Of a DNA stretch of 64,000 nt, positions 47,490-57,348 are shown one piece after another. The stretch comes from Bacteroidia bacterium (GTDB taxonomy: Bacteria; Bacteroidota; Bacteroidia; NS11-12g; UBA9320): assembly GCA_965216465.1 (NCBI GenBank), contig CBDCFW010000006.1, positions 1,056,001 through 1,120,000 of the forward strand. Reading direction: 5' to 3'. The notes under the pieces were generated by a model that ran no database searches, was not told where the DNA came from, and worked only from the letters and a program-made list of their open reading frames with translations. Both the position numbers and the translations under genes were made by a program. The first letter of the stretch is position 1; each line of letters begins with the position of its first letter.

Positions 47490-49103
47490 ATGCGAAAACT
47501 ATCAACTTTAATATTTATCACGCTTTGTATTTGCGTGTTTGGTCAAACAATAATAACAGGAAAGATTCATAATGTAGATACTGGAGATTTAGGATTTTAT
47601 GGTGTTGAGTTTACCTATCCCTCCTTCGAAGACAAGGGTTATGCTAAATTCACGGTTTATCCGAACAAAGAGGGAGAATTCAGTGCAGAACTTCCAGAAG
47701 GAAACCCAAATAATTTAGCATGGGTCACAACGGGTAGTGGACAAATGCACTATCTAATACTTCACGATAGTGTACATCTAAACATCAATGGAAAGAAAGC
47801 ACAGAAGTATGTGTCGATAGGGTCAGCCTATAAATTGACGGGTCCTGATGCAAAGAAATCAAATTACTATAGCGATCACATACGAAGTCCTCGTAAAACA
47901 GACTTTCATCAACAAAGAGCCGATCTTGTTTTTCGCTCCCAATTGCCATATGAAGATAAGTTGGATTCTCTGCAAAAGGTTTATGCACGTTATTTTAAAG
48001 AAAAAGAAAGTTACTTGAGAAAACATTCATCGCCATATCAACAAATGCTTATGGATGATGCGCGATGTCAATACTACCAAGATGTACTGCTGATTAGTTT
48101 TAGCAACGAACTTCCCGATAACTTACTGCAAGAAATTATCAGCTTTAAGCCGGGTCATACCAGTGTTTTTTCAGTTTCGTATTACTACTATCTTGGTATT
48201 CATTTGAATAATAGAAAAGATTGGATAAAAAATTCTATCGTACATAGTACAAAAGGAGAAACAGGAGAAGTAGAACTTATGTTGGATACGTTTATTTCTA
48301 ACTATTCGAAAAGGGGAGCAGGAATTGATTATAACAAGAAAGCATATGGTCGTGCATATAGATGGCTAAGCAGACAGTATGGCGATGTTATGTATGATTT
48401 CAACTCGAGTAACTTGGTTGATACAATTCTGTATCTTGATATTGAAGATATAGATCGTTTGTTAGTTGCAAATGTTCCAAAGGAGATAAATAGGAGGAAG
48501 ATGTGGTATGAAAAGACCTATCCTTTGCTTAATACACCATGGGGACAAGCATTTTACAACCGGTTTAAAGAAGAGGATGAGTATACAGAGAATAAGTTAG
48601 AACAAAATAAGGTTGAATTTATCCAAGAATTACCACTTGGTCAACTAGTTGGTTCTGGCGATGACATGAGACAATTTAAGGCTAATCACGATACAATAAC
48701 AGACTTTCTTGAGCAGATAAAACAAGCCTATAAAGGGCAAATTGTAATACTTGATTTATGGGCCACTTGGTGCGGGCCATGTATTGCCGACATGCGCAGT
48801 AGCAAAGAGAAAAAGAAGCTTTTAAAGGCGAATGATGTTTCTGTGGTCTATTTATGTGAGGGCAAGCACAGTGCTGAGAAATTATGGCAAGAAAAAACGA
48901 TTCATTTGAAGTTAAGTGGTGATCATGTATATATGAGTCCAAAGATTACAAATCAGTTTCTGAAGCACTTTAATTTAAATTCATATCCCAGTTATATTGT
49001 GTTAGATGCACAAGGACAATTTCACACCGATGAGGTATCTCGCATTAGCAATGTGAATGTCAAAAAACTAGTAAAAGACTTTGGTCCGAAGGAAAAAAGT
49101 TAA
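47490..49103 (+). CDS. Exported TlpA-family thioredoxin-like protein
   Basis: Signal peptide; C-terminal DLWATWCGPC and SYPSY. Confidence 0.85.
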   Translation: MRKLSTLIFITLCICVFGQTIITGKIHNVDTGDLGFYGVEFTYPSFEDKGYAKFTVYPNKEGEFSAELPEGNPNNLAWVTTGSGQMHYLILHDSVHLNINGKKAQKYVSIGSAYKLTGPDAKKSNYYSDHIRSPRKTDFHQQRADLVFRSQLPYEDKLDSLQKVYARYFKEKESYLRKHSSPYQQMLMDDARCQYYQDVLLISFSNELPDNLLQEIISFKPGHTSVFSVSYYYYLGIHLNNRKDWIKNSIVHSTKGETGEVELMLDTFISNYSKRGAGIDYNKKAYGRAYRWLSRQYGDVMYDFNSSNLVDTILYLDIEDIDRLLVANVPKEINRRKMWYEKTYPLLNTPWGQAFYNRFKEEDEYTENKLEQNKVEFIQELPLGQLVGSGDDMRQFKANHDTITDFLEQIKQAYKGQIVILDLWATWCGPCIADMRSSKEKKKLLKANDVSVVYLCEGKHSAEKLWQEKTIHLKLSGDHVYMSPKITNQFLKHFNLNSYPSYIVLDAQGQFHTDEVSRISNVNVKKLVKDFGPKEKS

Positions 49104-49111
49104 ATTTATAG

Positions 49112-49792
49112 TTGATGAAATGGACTCTATCTTTGATTTTGGCGTGCTGTGCGGCATTTTCTCAGGCTCAGCGATTTACACATTTAGATTCTAATGCGAT
49201 CTCAGTATCTCTGCTTGGAGGGCTGACGTTTCTAACTCCTAGTTTATTTGAGGATGAACCGACATACCCAGAAGATTCAATGAAAGTACGAAGCTTCAAA
49301 GTTTGCTATTATCGAAAGTTAAACAAGACTTTTGATCTTCGAGCTTCATATCAATTCTCAAACCGATATCGTTCGTGGGGCAATGGTAAAAACCTTACTG
49401 CCTACGGTCAAAATCATCGCTCTTTTCACTTAGTGCAGACTGGGATTTCTTGGCGTTGGGACAAAGACCTTCGCTTAAGCCCATTTTTTGATGTTGGCGT
49501 AGAAGGTGGGTATTATTTCTGGCTGCAAAACTATTGGGAGAGATATGATTTTAATTCTAATGGTCCAGGGTCATACCGTTCTAGATATCATGAAAATAAG
49601 GTTGAGTACTTGGTATTTGGAACAACTCTTAATGTCGGTTTACATCTACGATTGAACGAAAAATGGTATCTCTCATCATCAGCAGGTCTCCGCTATTGGG
49701 TGTTAGATCATAATTTGACTTATGATTTGCCATTAAGAAATCCGAACCTCCTTTCTCAATCCAATGCATTGATGTTAGGAGTAACATTTTAA
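49112..49792 (+). CDS. Outer-membrane beta-barrel protein
   Basis: Signal peptide, aromatic-rich strands, terminal LGVTF. Confidence 0.65.
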   Translation: MMKWTLSLILACCAAFSQAQRFTHLDSNAISVSLLGGLTFLTPSLFEDEPTYPEDSMKVRSFKVCYYRKLNKTFDLRASYQFSNRYRSWGNGKNLTAYGQNHRSFHLVQTGISWRWDKDLRLSPFFDVGVEGGYYFWLQNYWERYDFNSNGPGSYRSRYHENKVEYLVFGTTLNVGLHLRLNEKWYLSSSAGLRYWVLDHNLTYDLPLRNPNLLSQSNALMLGVTF

Positions 49793-49795
49793 GGA

Positions 49796-50377
49796 TTACT
49801 CCAAAGCTTGCTGGCCCTGAAAGTTGAGGCTATTCAGCAAGTCAATAATGTGCTCACAGTCGTTAAACAGTTTTTTAATTTTTGGTGTTTCGTCTTGCAA
49901 TTCTTGGAGCTTGATAAAAATGGTGCCGTTTCTTTTTTGTTTGATAACCAACACGTGATGGTTGTTTAGAAAATCTGTGAGTTCTTCATTTTGCGCAATA
50001 AGATTGATGTTTAAGCCTAAAGAACTTGAGACCATATATTCTTGCGAGAACAGTGCAGATTTTTCGAAGGGTACAAACCTTCTTGGGGCACTCCAAAAAC
50101 TGCGTCGTTTAATGCGTATATATGGAGATATTGTTCGTCCATGTGGGGTAAATTGAAGCAGAGTAATGGTGCTATATACGCCATTAACCGGAATGAAACC
50201 TGTTGTTGTGTTGTTGTATCGGCGAGCGGCATGAAATTGCAGTTTGCCATGATGTAGTTCTTTTTCACCATCTATTTCAACTAAAAAGGGGTTGCAGGAA
50301 GACTGATAAACCGTATGAGGTTCATTGCTCGCAAATTCTTCCCAGGCATCTTCAATATATTGATGGAGTTCTGGCAT
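49796..50377 (-). CDS. Hypothetical protein
   Basis: 193 aa ORF with upstream TAAATTTG element; no motif recognised. Confidence 0.5.
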   Translation of the reverse strand: MPELHQYIEDAWEEFASNEPHTVYQSSCNPFLVEIDGEKELHHGKLQFHAARRYNNTTTGFIPVNGVYSTITLLQFTPHGRTISPYIRIKRRSFWSAPRRFVPFEKSALFSQEYMVSSSLGLNINLIAQNEELTDFLNNHHVLVIKQKRNGTIFIKLQELQDETPKIKKLFNDCEHIIDLLNSLNFQGQQALE

Positions 50378-50574
50378 AACTTTTAAGACAGCCCAATTGA
50401 GCTTTTATGCAGAAATAAGGCCGTAACGTAACTGCCCAAATTTACACATTTTCTATGGATTATGGGCCTTTGCGACGGATAATTTGACCAGTAGGAGCTA
50501 ACTTGCTCAGAGTCTTTGCAATAAATTGAACTCAGCATTCGATAACGAGGGCTGTTCTTAACTATTCACTATGC

Positions 50575-50619
50575 AAAACCTTTCTGTCCCCTCCCAGTTA
50601 AGTGGGAAGGGATGAAAGG
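50575..50619 (-). terminator. Intrinsic terminator after the S74-domain gene
   Basis: Minus strand CCTTTCATCCCTTCCCA-cttaac-TGGGAGGGGACAGAAAGG followed by TTTT. Confidence 0.65.
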
Positions 50620-50626
50620 AATTGGA

Positions 50627-51868
50627 CTATTTATTGCTTAGTTCGTGCACGAGCTTTTGTAGCTCCTCAATTTGTTTTTGTTGTTTTTCAATTTGTGCTT
50701 GTTGCTCTTGAATGGCTTTGGTAAGTAGAGGGGTCATGCTTCCATAATCTACCATCCACGGGTCTTCATTAACATCTTCACCACCTACTGTAACGGCCTC
50801 AGGATAAACTTTGTGTAATTCTTGGGCAAGAAATCCAGTACAAAGTGTATTTAAAGAATCTGCTTTGAAATTGTAGTCGTAAACTTTTAGCTTCATAACA
50901 TCATTCAGGCCGTAATTTGAAGTTACAATATTTCGTTTTAAGCGTTGATCTGACGTTGAATTGTATTTGATCGAAGTTGAATTATTAACATAAATAGAGC
51001 CAATTTGGGAAGAACCACGGCAAAACCTAATAAACCTGAATCCTGAACCAATAGAGGTGTTTAACCTTTGTAAAGTCAAGAGGTTATAGTGGGTTCCAGA
51101 AATCATACTATTGTCTCCTCCAAGCGATGCTCCGGTTTTAGTATTTGCCGCAGTTCCAACATAAGTACTAAAATCTCCAAGAACTAGCTTGCCATCAACA
51201 TGTAATTTTTCTTTCGGGTTCGTAGTTCCTATTCCAACATTACCGATGTGATCAACAGTTAGTCTATTGGAGTTGTTAGTTAAAAAACGAATTCTACCGT
51301 TTGTATTGTCATTGGTCATGACTATATCTTGCGTAGATGTAGTATTAAATCCAATTAGACCAGCTCTGTCCCCATTTTGATCCTCAAACCTGATATTAGC
51401 AATATACCCATTTGAATTTAACGTCGCATCTCCATCTTGCAAGGTTAACGTTGCGGAGGAGCTTCCTTTGGCATGTATGTTTGATGAAGGACTTGTGGTG
51501 CCAATACCAATCTTGCCCAAATGATAAACATTTTCGGTGTTTGAAACAGACCCTGTCATGTTTGTTGCTGAATACCACGGTTCATTTTCATTGGTAACTA
51601 AAGAGTACCAGTTGTTGCCGTCAAAGCGTTGCAGGCATGAGTCGGTGGTGTTGTACACAATGTGGCCAGCAATCCAACCTGTTTGAGTGTTGATTTGTGC
51701 TGTTGATAGTCGCGGCAATAGAATTGCTTTGTCTGTAGATTCTAGCTCTAGAATTGATCTTGAATTTGTTGTAGTGGGGTTGTCTCCAACCTTAATCTGT
51801 GCAGAGGCCTGGCCAATGCAAGTAAGCAGAAGTATACATGTAAGTATACGATTAGTAACGTTTTTCAT
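50627..51868 (-). CDS. Secreted fibre-like protein with C-terminal peptidase S74 intramolecular chaperone domain
   Basis: Signal peptide; GKIGIGT/GNVGIGT repeats; SDQRLKRNI, GFLAQE, VDYG...LTKAIQE, coiled coil. Confidence 0.85.
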   Translation of the reverse strand: MKNVTNRILTCILLLTCIGQASAQIKVGDNPTTTNSRSILELESTDKAILLPRLSTAQINTQTGWIAGHIVYNTTDSCLQRFDGNNWYSLVTNENEPWYSATNMTGSVSNTENVYHLGKIGIGTTSPSSNIHAKGSSSATLTLQDGDATLNSNGYIANIRFEDQNGDRAGLIGFNTTSTQDIVMTNDNTNGRIRFLTNNSNRLTVDHIGNVGIGTTNPKEKLHVDGKLVLGDFSTYVGTAANTKTGASLGGDNSMISGTHYNLLTLQRLNTSIGSGFRFIRFCRGSSQIGSIYVNNSTSIKYNSTSDQRLKRNIVTSNYGLNDVMKLKVYDYNFKADSLNTLCTGFLAQELHKVYPEAVTVGGEDVNEDPWMVDYGSMTPLLTKAIQEQQAQIEKQQKQIEELQKLVHELSNK

Positions 51869-52031
51869 TGTATAGAAATTTTAATATTTACAATTGAATG
51901 TGCTGCCTCAATTTGTGGGGTATTCTCCCAAAAAAAGTTTATCACACTTAAGCAAGGGCGATGCAACTGTGATTAGGAGGAACTCACAAATCGAAACAGG
52001 CCACAAAAGTCAAGTTCGATTGTGTGTCTGC

Positions 52032-52100
52032 TTGTAGTAAAAGAAGCAAATGATTGTAGAAATATTTCTACAAGAATGAGAACTAAAAATTTTACTACAA
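52032..52100. promoter_or_regulatory. Nested palindromic operator (GacA/UvrY-box-like)
   Basis: Perfect TTGTAGAAATATTTCTACAA (52054-52073) flanked by TTGTAGTAAAA (52032-52042) and TTTTACTACAA (52090-52100). Confidence 0.6.
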
Positions 52101-52142
52101 ATCATGCGTTTCAAGCATAGTAGTTTTGAACCCACTTAACGC

Positions 52143-52814
52143 ATGTTAAAATCAAAACAAAACAAAGTGAGTCAATCTAAAGCACCACCGCAATCGGGAT
52201 TGAAAATTCTTGTTGCCGATGATCACGACCTAATTAGAAAAGGCGTTTCACATACGCTGATAAATAAATTTCCCGACGCTCAAATCTACTTTGCTTCAGA
52301 CTTCGAAGAGGTTTATAGTAAGATAAAAAATACAGCATTTGATCTGCTGATTACTGACCTTAACATGGGTCCGAAGAATATATTGACATGCGTTACAAAA
52401 GTCGTTAAGCTTGATGCAGAACTTAAAATTTTGGTGTATTCAATGTCGCCTTCTGAACATTTAGCTTTACGGCTTATTCGTCTGGGAGCTAAAGGTTATG
52501 TGAACAAAGGCAGTTCAATTGATGTGCTAAGCAAGGCTATAGATGAAGTAGTCTTAGGAAATGTATTTGGAGAGCGGAGCTTAATTAGAATCGTCTTAGA
52601 CGACAATGAGAATCTGCTTGATCGGTTAAACGACCGTGAGTTTGAGATGTTTTTACTCTTTGCAAATGGCTGTACCACTAAGGAGGTAGCAGATTTTTTC
52701 TTTTTACATCCCTCATCCATCAGTAATTATAAAACAAAAATTTTCAAAAAATTAGAGCTCCGTAATGTGGTTGAGCTTACCCTTCTAGCCGTAGAGCAGG
52801 GATTGATTCTGTAG
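52143..52814 (+). CDS. NarL/LuxR-family response regulator, no adjacent kinase
   Basis: ADDH, ITDLNM phospho-Asp, GAKGYVNK, LNDRE...HTH. Confidence 0.92.
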   Translation: MLKSKQNKVSQSKAPPQSGLKILVADDHDLIRKGVSHTLINKFPDAQIYFASDFEEVYSKIKNTAFDLLITDLNMGPKNILTCVTKVVKLDAELKILVYSMSPSEHLALRLIRLGAKGYVNKGSSIDVLSKAIDEVVLGNVFGERSLIRIVLDDNENLLDRLNDREFEMFLLFANGCTTKEVADFFFLHPSSISNYKTKIFKKLELRNVVELTLLAVEQGLIL

Positions 52815-52853
52815 CATTTTTGCCTTAGTTTAAGGTGGTTTTAGTCTATACCT

Positions 52854-55800
52854 CTAATGTTTCGTAAAGCGTTTTACAACAACCCCTTTTTCTGTGTGCA
52901 GTTGCACGAAATAGACCCCAGGAGAAAGTCTTGAAATGTCAAGAGAACGATTAGTTAATGGAATTTTTAGTTCTTGACCGCTTACCGAAAAGCACTTAAT
53001 TTCATTGAGCTTGATGTTTGAATGAATGTTCAATTTGCTCATTGCTGGGTTAGGATACAACTTCATAGTCCTGGCCAACTCATTTATACCTGTAGATTGC
53101 TCAACGGTTACCTTCACGGTATAGTTCTTAGTGCTTCCATCTTGAGCGGTCACCTTGTAAACTACGTTCTTCGTGAAATTGTTGCTCGTTACCCCGCTGG
53201 TTTGAACAGTAGAACCTACCCGAACAATGGCATCTGAACTGTATGTAAAGGTCGGCACCAATTGTGTTAGACTTGTTCCAGCTGGAAGTTGAATTGTTAT
53301 GTTAGTTCCCGAAATGGTAGCCGGAGTTTCTTCTACCGTTGGAAATGCAAAACTTAAAATATCTTTCTCAGAGTTGAGCAAGTTTCTCGTTCCATTGGCA
53401 TACCAAACACCCCATTTCCCATCGGCAATTAGTACGGAAGCGTTTACGGGTTTCGGATTGATTTTGTCAGCATCAAGTTCCTGTACAGCAATAACATCAT
53501 CTCCACCTTGAGTTGCTGCATCAAAAATAATCTTGTCGTCCTTATTCGAATAGTTTGGATACCCAAGTTTGCTATGAGAAAAAATGGTTTCCGTTTCGTT
53601 GTTTAAGGTATTGGTTCCCAAAACAGCATAGCTTGCCGAATTAACATCGATGTAGTCGAAAGCTACAATATAAGGACTGTTTTTGGAGTATGTTGCATTT
53701 CCTATACTCACCCCGTCTGGAAGTTGAGTGAACAGCTTCTCAACCTTTCCATCTCCCCAATTGTCGCCAACCAGATCCCAAACACGAATCACTCCTACAT
53801 CCCAATATTCAATATCTGCTCCGGATCCATTCTCAATTACATTTCTCGCATCGTAAAGCACATATTGTCCAGTATTATCAAATTCAATGGCATCTGCAAA
53901 AAGCACGTTTCCGCCATTAACCCCTTCAGTATAGGTTGGATTATACAGCTTAAATTGCTTAAACTGAGATAACTCAAAATTGTAAACCCATATCGATGAG
54001 TCGATGTCCGTCGATATCAGGGCAAGCAAATTGCCATCTTTTGAAACTGCGACATTATCCCATGGGTCAGTGCTAATCACAGATTCTGTGTAAGGTGATG
54101 ATAAAATAATACGATGCAATTCATCTGCACTACTTACATAGTACATCACTGCACCATCATCTGTAATACTGGCCTTACGTTTGGGAGTTTTTGTGCTTAA
54201 TGCAATCCAACCATCAGGTGTAGTCGTGCTTTTATAAAAGGTGTTGGGATCTGAAGGGTTGATATCTACACTGATAATATTTTCTGTTCCTGGATTGGTT
54301 GGTAAATCAGTTCCAGAACCCGTACTTCCGCCTCCTCCTGATCCAGCATTTGGATCGAAAATTTGAACCTCGTCGAATGCAGATTTAATAGCATTTACTT
54401 CTGCAGTACCAAACAAATCATCAGCAGATTTTTCTACAGCATAACGCAGGTCTAAAAACTGCGACTGAGAAGTAAGGTAAACTACAAGTGCACGGTAGTA
54501 AATCTTCTCAGCTTTGTCTTTGCCTATAGCAGTTGCAATTAGATAGTAAGCACGATTAACAATACCGCTATTGATGTGAACACCATAGTTGTCAGCCGAG
54601 CCGGTATAGTATTCACTCATTTCTTCCGGTTGATAACCTCGATCGCTTAAACTGTTTCCTCCGTTGTGTGGATTTTGAAGATTTCGCAGTGCACCACTAG
54701 GGAAGACAGAAGTATTTACCACATCTTCTCCCATTTTCCAGTCGTCGCGATCAATCATCGCACCAAAAATGTCAGCCATACTTTCATTTATAGCTCCGCT
54801 TTGCCCTTCGTATTCCAAATTTGCTGAATTGGAAACAACTCCGTGAGTTAACTCGTGTCCGGCTACATCCAAAGCTCCTGCTAACGGTTTAAACGAAGTA
54901 CCTCCATTGCCATAAAACATTGCTTGGCCATTCCAATAAGCATTTGCCAAACTGCTGCCATCATCGTCTGAAGTGTTTACAACTGAAATTATTGTTCCTC
55001 CAGAGCCATTAATGCTGTTTCGATTGTGGGTGTTTTTGAAATAGTCGAAAGCAAGGCCCGCGTTGTAATGTGCAGACACCGAACTTTTATCACTCCAGGT
55101 GTTGTCAGAACTGGTAACATTAAATATTTCCGTTGCAGGACTATTGTCAGCGTCAATGGTCCAAATTGCTCCTACAGGATCATTAGGTATGCTGCTTTGT
55201 CCAGAGTTAAACATCGATTTGGTAGCATCTATCAGGTAGTATGTGCTTCCTTTTTGGTAAGTGTTAATGCTTCTCGATACATTATTAAGATCGGTGGCAT
55301 TGGCAGTTTTAGGTCCGTCTACGCTGCAAAGCTGATCGAGAACTTTTAACACATCTCCATTTATTGCATCAACCCAAACTTTATAATAATGAAGGTCAGT
55401 AGGTCTAATTTCAACCAAATAAACCAATTGAGGATTCAATCCACCTGCTAAGTTAAAATCAATCACCAATTCAACATCTGAATCGTAATCTAGCATTGAA
55501 AGTGCTTCTGAATGATGAGCATGAGGGTGAAGTTTATGCCCTACTTTCTCAGCAACTGACAATGCAGAAGCTTCATCAATTTTTGCTTCTGTCTCACAAT
55601 TAATGCTGGGGTAAATTCTTCCATTTGCAGCATACACGGTATTGTTGTTGCTATGGATAATCCATTCTCCACCTTTAACTTTTACATGTTTGAAATACTG
55701 GTGATACCGGTTGTGGATATGCCCTAAGTCATCCGACTTACTATCTGTTTTTACTAGTCTTGAATGCTCATTCCAGCTGAATAAGGTTGGAAGGTCAGCC

Positions 55801-56129
55801 TCTACTTTTTCTACAGAATAATTATCATCAATTTGGGATTCACCAAACCCGCCTGTAGGCTCAGGAGCGTACACTTCCAGCCAAATAGGCAGTCCTAGAT
55901 CTGTACTGTACTTTAATCTATAGCTTATCAAGCCAGCTGTTTGAGTAACCAATGTGGTCCATGTATTGGCTTGAAAATAACTTGATGAGTTTGTGTTTCT
56001 TCCATCAATTACCTCGGCTTCAAACGATTTTGGTTGATTGTTTGGTTTTTTAATACTACGCTCACTAAATGGGTTTTGGCCAAAGGCAAGCACAGGAAGA
56101 AACAAGAAGAGTGTAATAAGTTTTTTCAT
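52854..56129 (-). CDS. M4 (thermolysin-like) metalloprotease with propeptide and T9SS C-terminal domain
   Basis: NAYW, HELTH, NESMAD, GVHINSG; C-terminal YPNPA...GVYFV...KRFTK; ATG at 56129 (MKKLITL). Confidence 0.93.
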   Translation of the reverse strand: MKKLITLFLFLPVLAFGQNPFSERSIKKPNNQPKSFEAEVIDGRNTNSSSYFQANTWTTLVTQTAGLISYRLKYSTDLGLPIWLEVYAPEPTGGFGESQIDDNYSVEKVEADLPTLFSWNEHSRLVKTDSKSDDLGHIHNRYHQYFKHVKVKGGEWIIHSNNNTVYAANGRIYPSINCETEAKIDEASALSVAEKVGHKLHPHAHHSEALSMLDYDSDVELVIDFNLAGGLNPQLVYLVEIRPTDLHYYKVWVDAINGDVLKVLDQLCSVDGPKTANATDLNNVSRSINTYQKGSTYYLIDATKSMFNSGQSSIPNDPVGAIWTIDADNSPATEIFNVTSSDNTWSDKSSVSAHYNAGLAFDYFKNTHNRNSINGSGGTIISVVNTSDDDGSSLANAYWNGQAMFYGNGGTSFKPLAGALDVAGHELTHGVVSNSANLEYEGQSGAINESMADIFGAMIDRDDWKMGEDVVNTSVFPSGALRNLQNPHNGGNSLSDRGYQPEEMSEYYTGSADNYGVHINSGIVNRAYYLIATAIGKDKAEKIYYRALVVYLTSQSQFLDLRYAVEKSADDLFGTAEVNAIKSAFDEVQIFDPNAGSGGGGSTGSGTDLPTNPGTENIISVDINPSDPNTFYKSTTTPDGWIALSTKTPKRKASITDDGAVMYYVSSADELHRIILSSPYTESVISTDPWDNVAVSKDGNLLALISTDIDSSIWVYNFELSQFKQFKLYNPTYTEGVNGGNVLFADAIEFDNTGQYVLYDARNVIENGSGADIEYWDVGVIRVWDLVGDNWGDGKVEKLFTQLPDGVSIGNATYSKNSPYIVAFDYIDVNSASYAVLGTNTLNNETETIFSHSKLGYPNYSNKDDKIIFDAATQGGDDVIAVQELDADKINPKPVNASVLIADGKWGVWYANGTRNLLNSEKDILSFAFPTVEETPATISGTNITIQLPAGTSLTQLVPTFTYSSDAIVRVGSTVQTSGVTSNNFTKNVVYKVTAQDGSTKNYTVKVTVEQSTGINELARTMKLYPNPAMSKLNIHSNIKLNEIKCFSVSGQELKIPLTNRSLDISRLSPGVYFVQLHTEKGVVVKRFTKH

Positions 56130-56130
56130 A

Positions 56131-56574
56131 TCAGTTAGATGTTTTTTGGATGGATGATAATGTGTTTTTATAAAAGTCGAGTATCGCTTGAGGGGGCTTG
56201 TTCGTGTTCGACCATGCAATTTTTTTATCGTTGTTTTTCGTTTTTAATCGAATGTAGTAATTGACGTTGCCTGCTACTTTAGATTCTGAAGGTGCAGAAT
56301 CCATAGATTCAATAGTTTTGACCATGGCTTTAAATTCTTTGCGTGTTTGTTTCTCAAGAGCTTCACCTATAACCTTAGAAGTGTCCCCTAAAAATGTTTC
56401 GCTTTTAATGATTTGACCATTAGAATAGAAGTAGTATGTAGTAGCGGTAGCGGCAAAACCTCCGCTTTTTCCCATCTCAATAAGCTGGGTTGAAGGATTC
56501 TCAATTGAATACTTGTTTGAATTACACTGGGTAAAGAAGAACAGAGGCAAAAGAGCAAATAATAGCTTTCTCAT
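56131..56574 (-). CDS. Lipoprotein, possible emfourin-like M4 protease inhibitor
   Basis: Lipobox FTQC; SGGFA and GNVNYYIRL motifs; stop codon 1 nt before the M4 start. Confidence 0.5.
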   Translation of the reverse strand: MRKLLFALLPLFFFTQCNSNKYSIENPSTQLIEMGKSGGFAATATTYYFYSNGQIIKSETFLGDTSKVIGEALEKQTRKEFKAMVKTIESMDSAPSESKVAGNVNYYIRLKTKNNDKKIAWSNTNKPPQAILDFYKNTLSSIQKTSN

Positions 56575-56889
56575 CTGGTCAAAGATAGAAAAGAAGAGCT
56601 ACCCGTTTATGTCATATTTTAAAAGACTAAATGAAGTGTCTTAAAAACTGTCTTTATTTAATTAATGATTCTCGTTCACCTCGAAAATAACTTCGGTATA
56701 GCTTCGAATTTATCGAGGGAATGCATCACCCAAAAGCCTAAAAAATATCTGACAATTAATTGATTATATGGCACATCGTTGAATTGAATTCGACTCATTG
56801 CCATTTCCTGAAATGGGTAACTGACTTGCACCATTGGTTTTGTTGATTCGTTAAAAATGTGTTAAACTTGGGCAACCAAAAGTTCAAAC

Positions 56890-57348
56890 ATGAAAACCAA
56901 TTTATCAATTTGGGTGTGCTTGATGGTTATGCTAGCCTCCTGTAACACCACTTACCGATCTAAGAGTTCCGATTATCAAAATATTACAAAAAGTAATATC
57001 GTTCAAGTACCCAAAATAGCCGATTTTGAGGTGAAACCTGAAAAGGTATCTGGTGAGTACTCTGGATTGTACAAGAAGAAAAAACATTTTACTTATTTAC
57101 GTGTAGCTAAAGAATTAGCCCTTGGCAATGCAATTTCAAATGCGAAGTGCGACTTTTTAATTCACCCACTGTACGACATTGAAATAATGGGTAAGAAAAT
57201 TTATGTTAATGTTACTGGCTATCCGGCCAATTACACCAACTTCAAAACATTTGAATTAGCAGATACAATATATGTGCAACACCAGCTGGTAATTCCAGCC
57301 ACCACCAATGTTAAAGTATTGTCACCTATTTCTCGAATCAGACGATGA
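56890..57348 (+). CDS. Hypothetical lipoprotein (tandem paralog 1)
   Basis: Lipobox LASC; shares SKSSDYQNITK and CDFL.HPLYD with the next gene. Confidence 0.7.
   Translation: MKTNLSIWVCLMVMLASCNTTYRSKSSDYQNITKSNIVQVPKIADFEVKPEKVSGEYSGLYKKKKHFTYLRVAKELALGNAISNAKCDFLIHPLYDIEIMGKKIYVNVTGYPANYTNFKTFELADTIYVQHQLVIPATTNVKVLSPISRIRR

Noticed and set aside
50383-50561. Imperfect terminal inverted repeats (TTAAGACAGCCC ... GGGCTGTTCTTAA) suggesting a MITE
   Set aside because: Only 12 bp with an indel, single copy in the window, no transposase, and the interval holds the likely promoter of the downstream gene
50627-51868. Prophage inferred from the tail-fibre-like gene
   Set aside because: Has a Sec signal peptide and no neighbouring phage genes; such S74 proteins are common in Bacteroidota chromosomes
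56768-56785. TGGCAC...TTGA as a sigma-54 promoter for the lipoprotein/T6SS genes
   Set aside because: The -24/-12 spacing is one base short
56575-56889. Long intergenic region with weak hairpins as a riboswitch or sRNA
   Set aside because: Stems are short or imperfect with no recognisable aptamer or terminator; explained by divergent promoters
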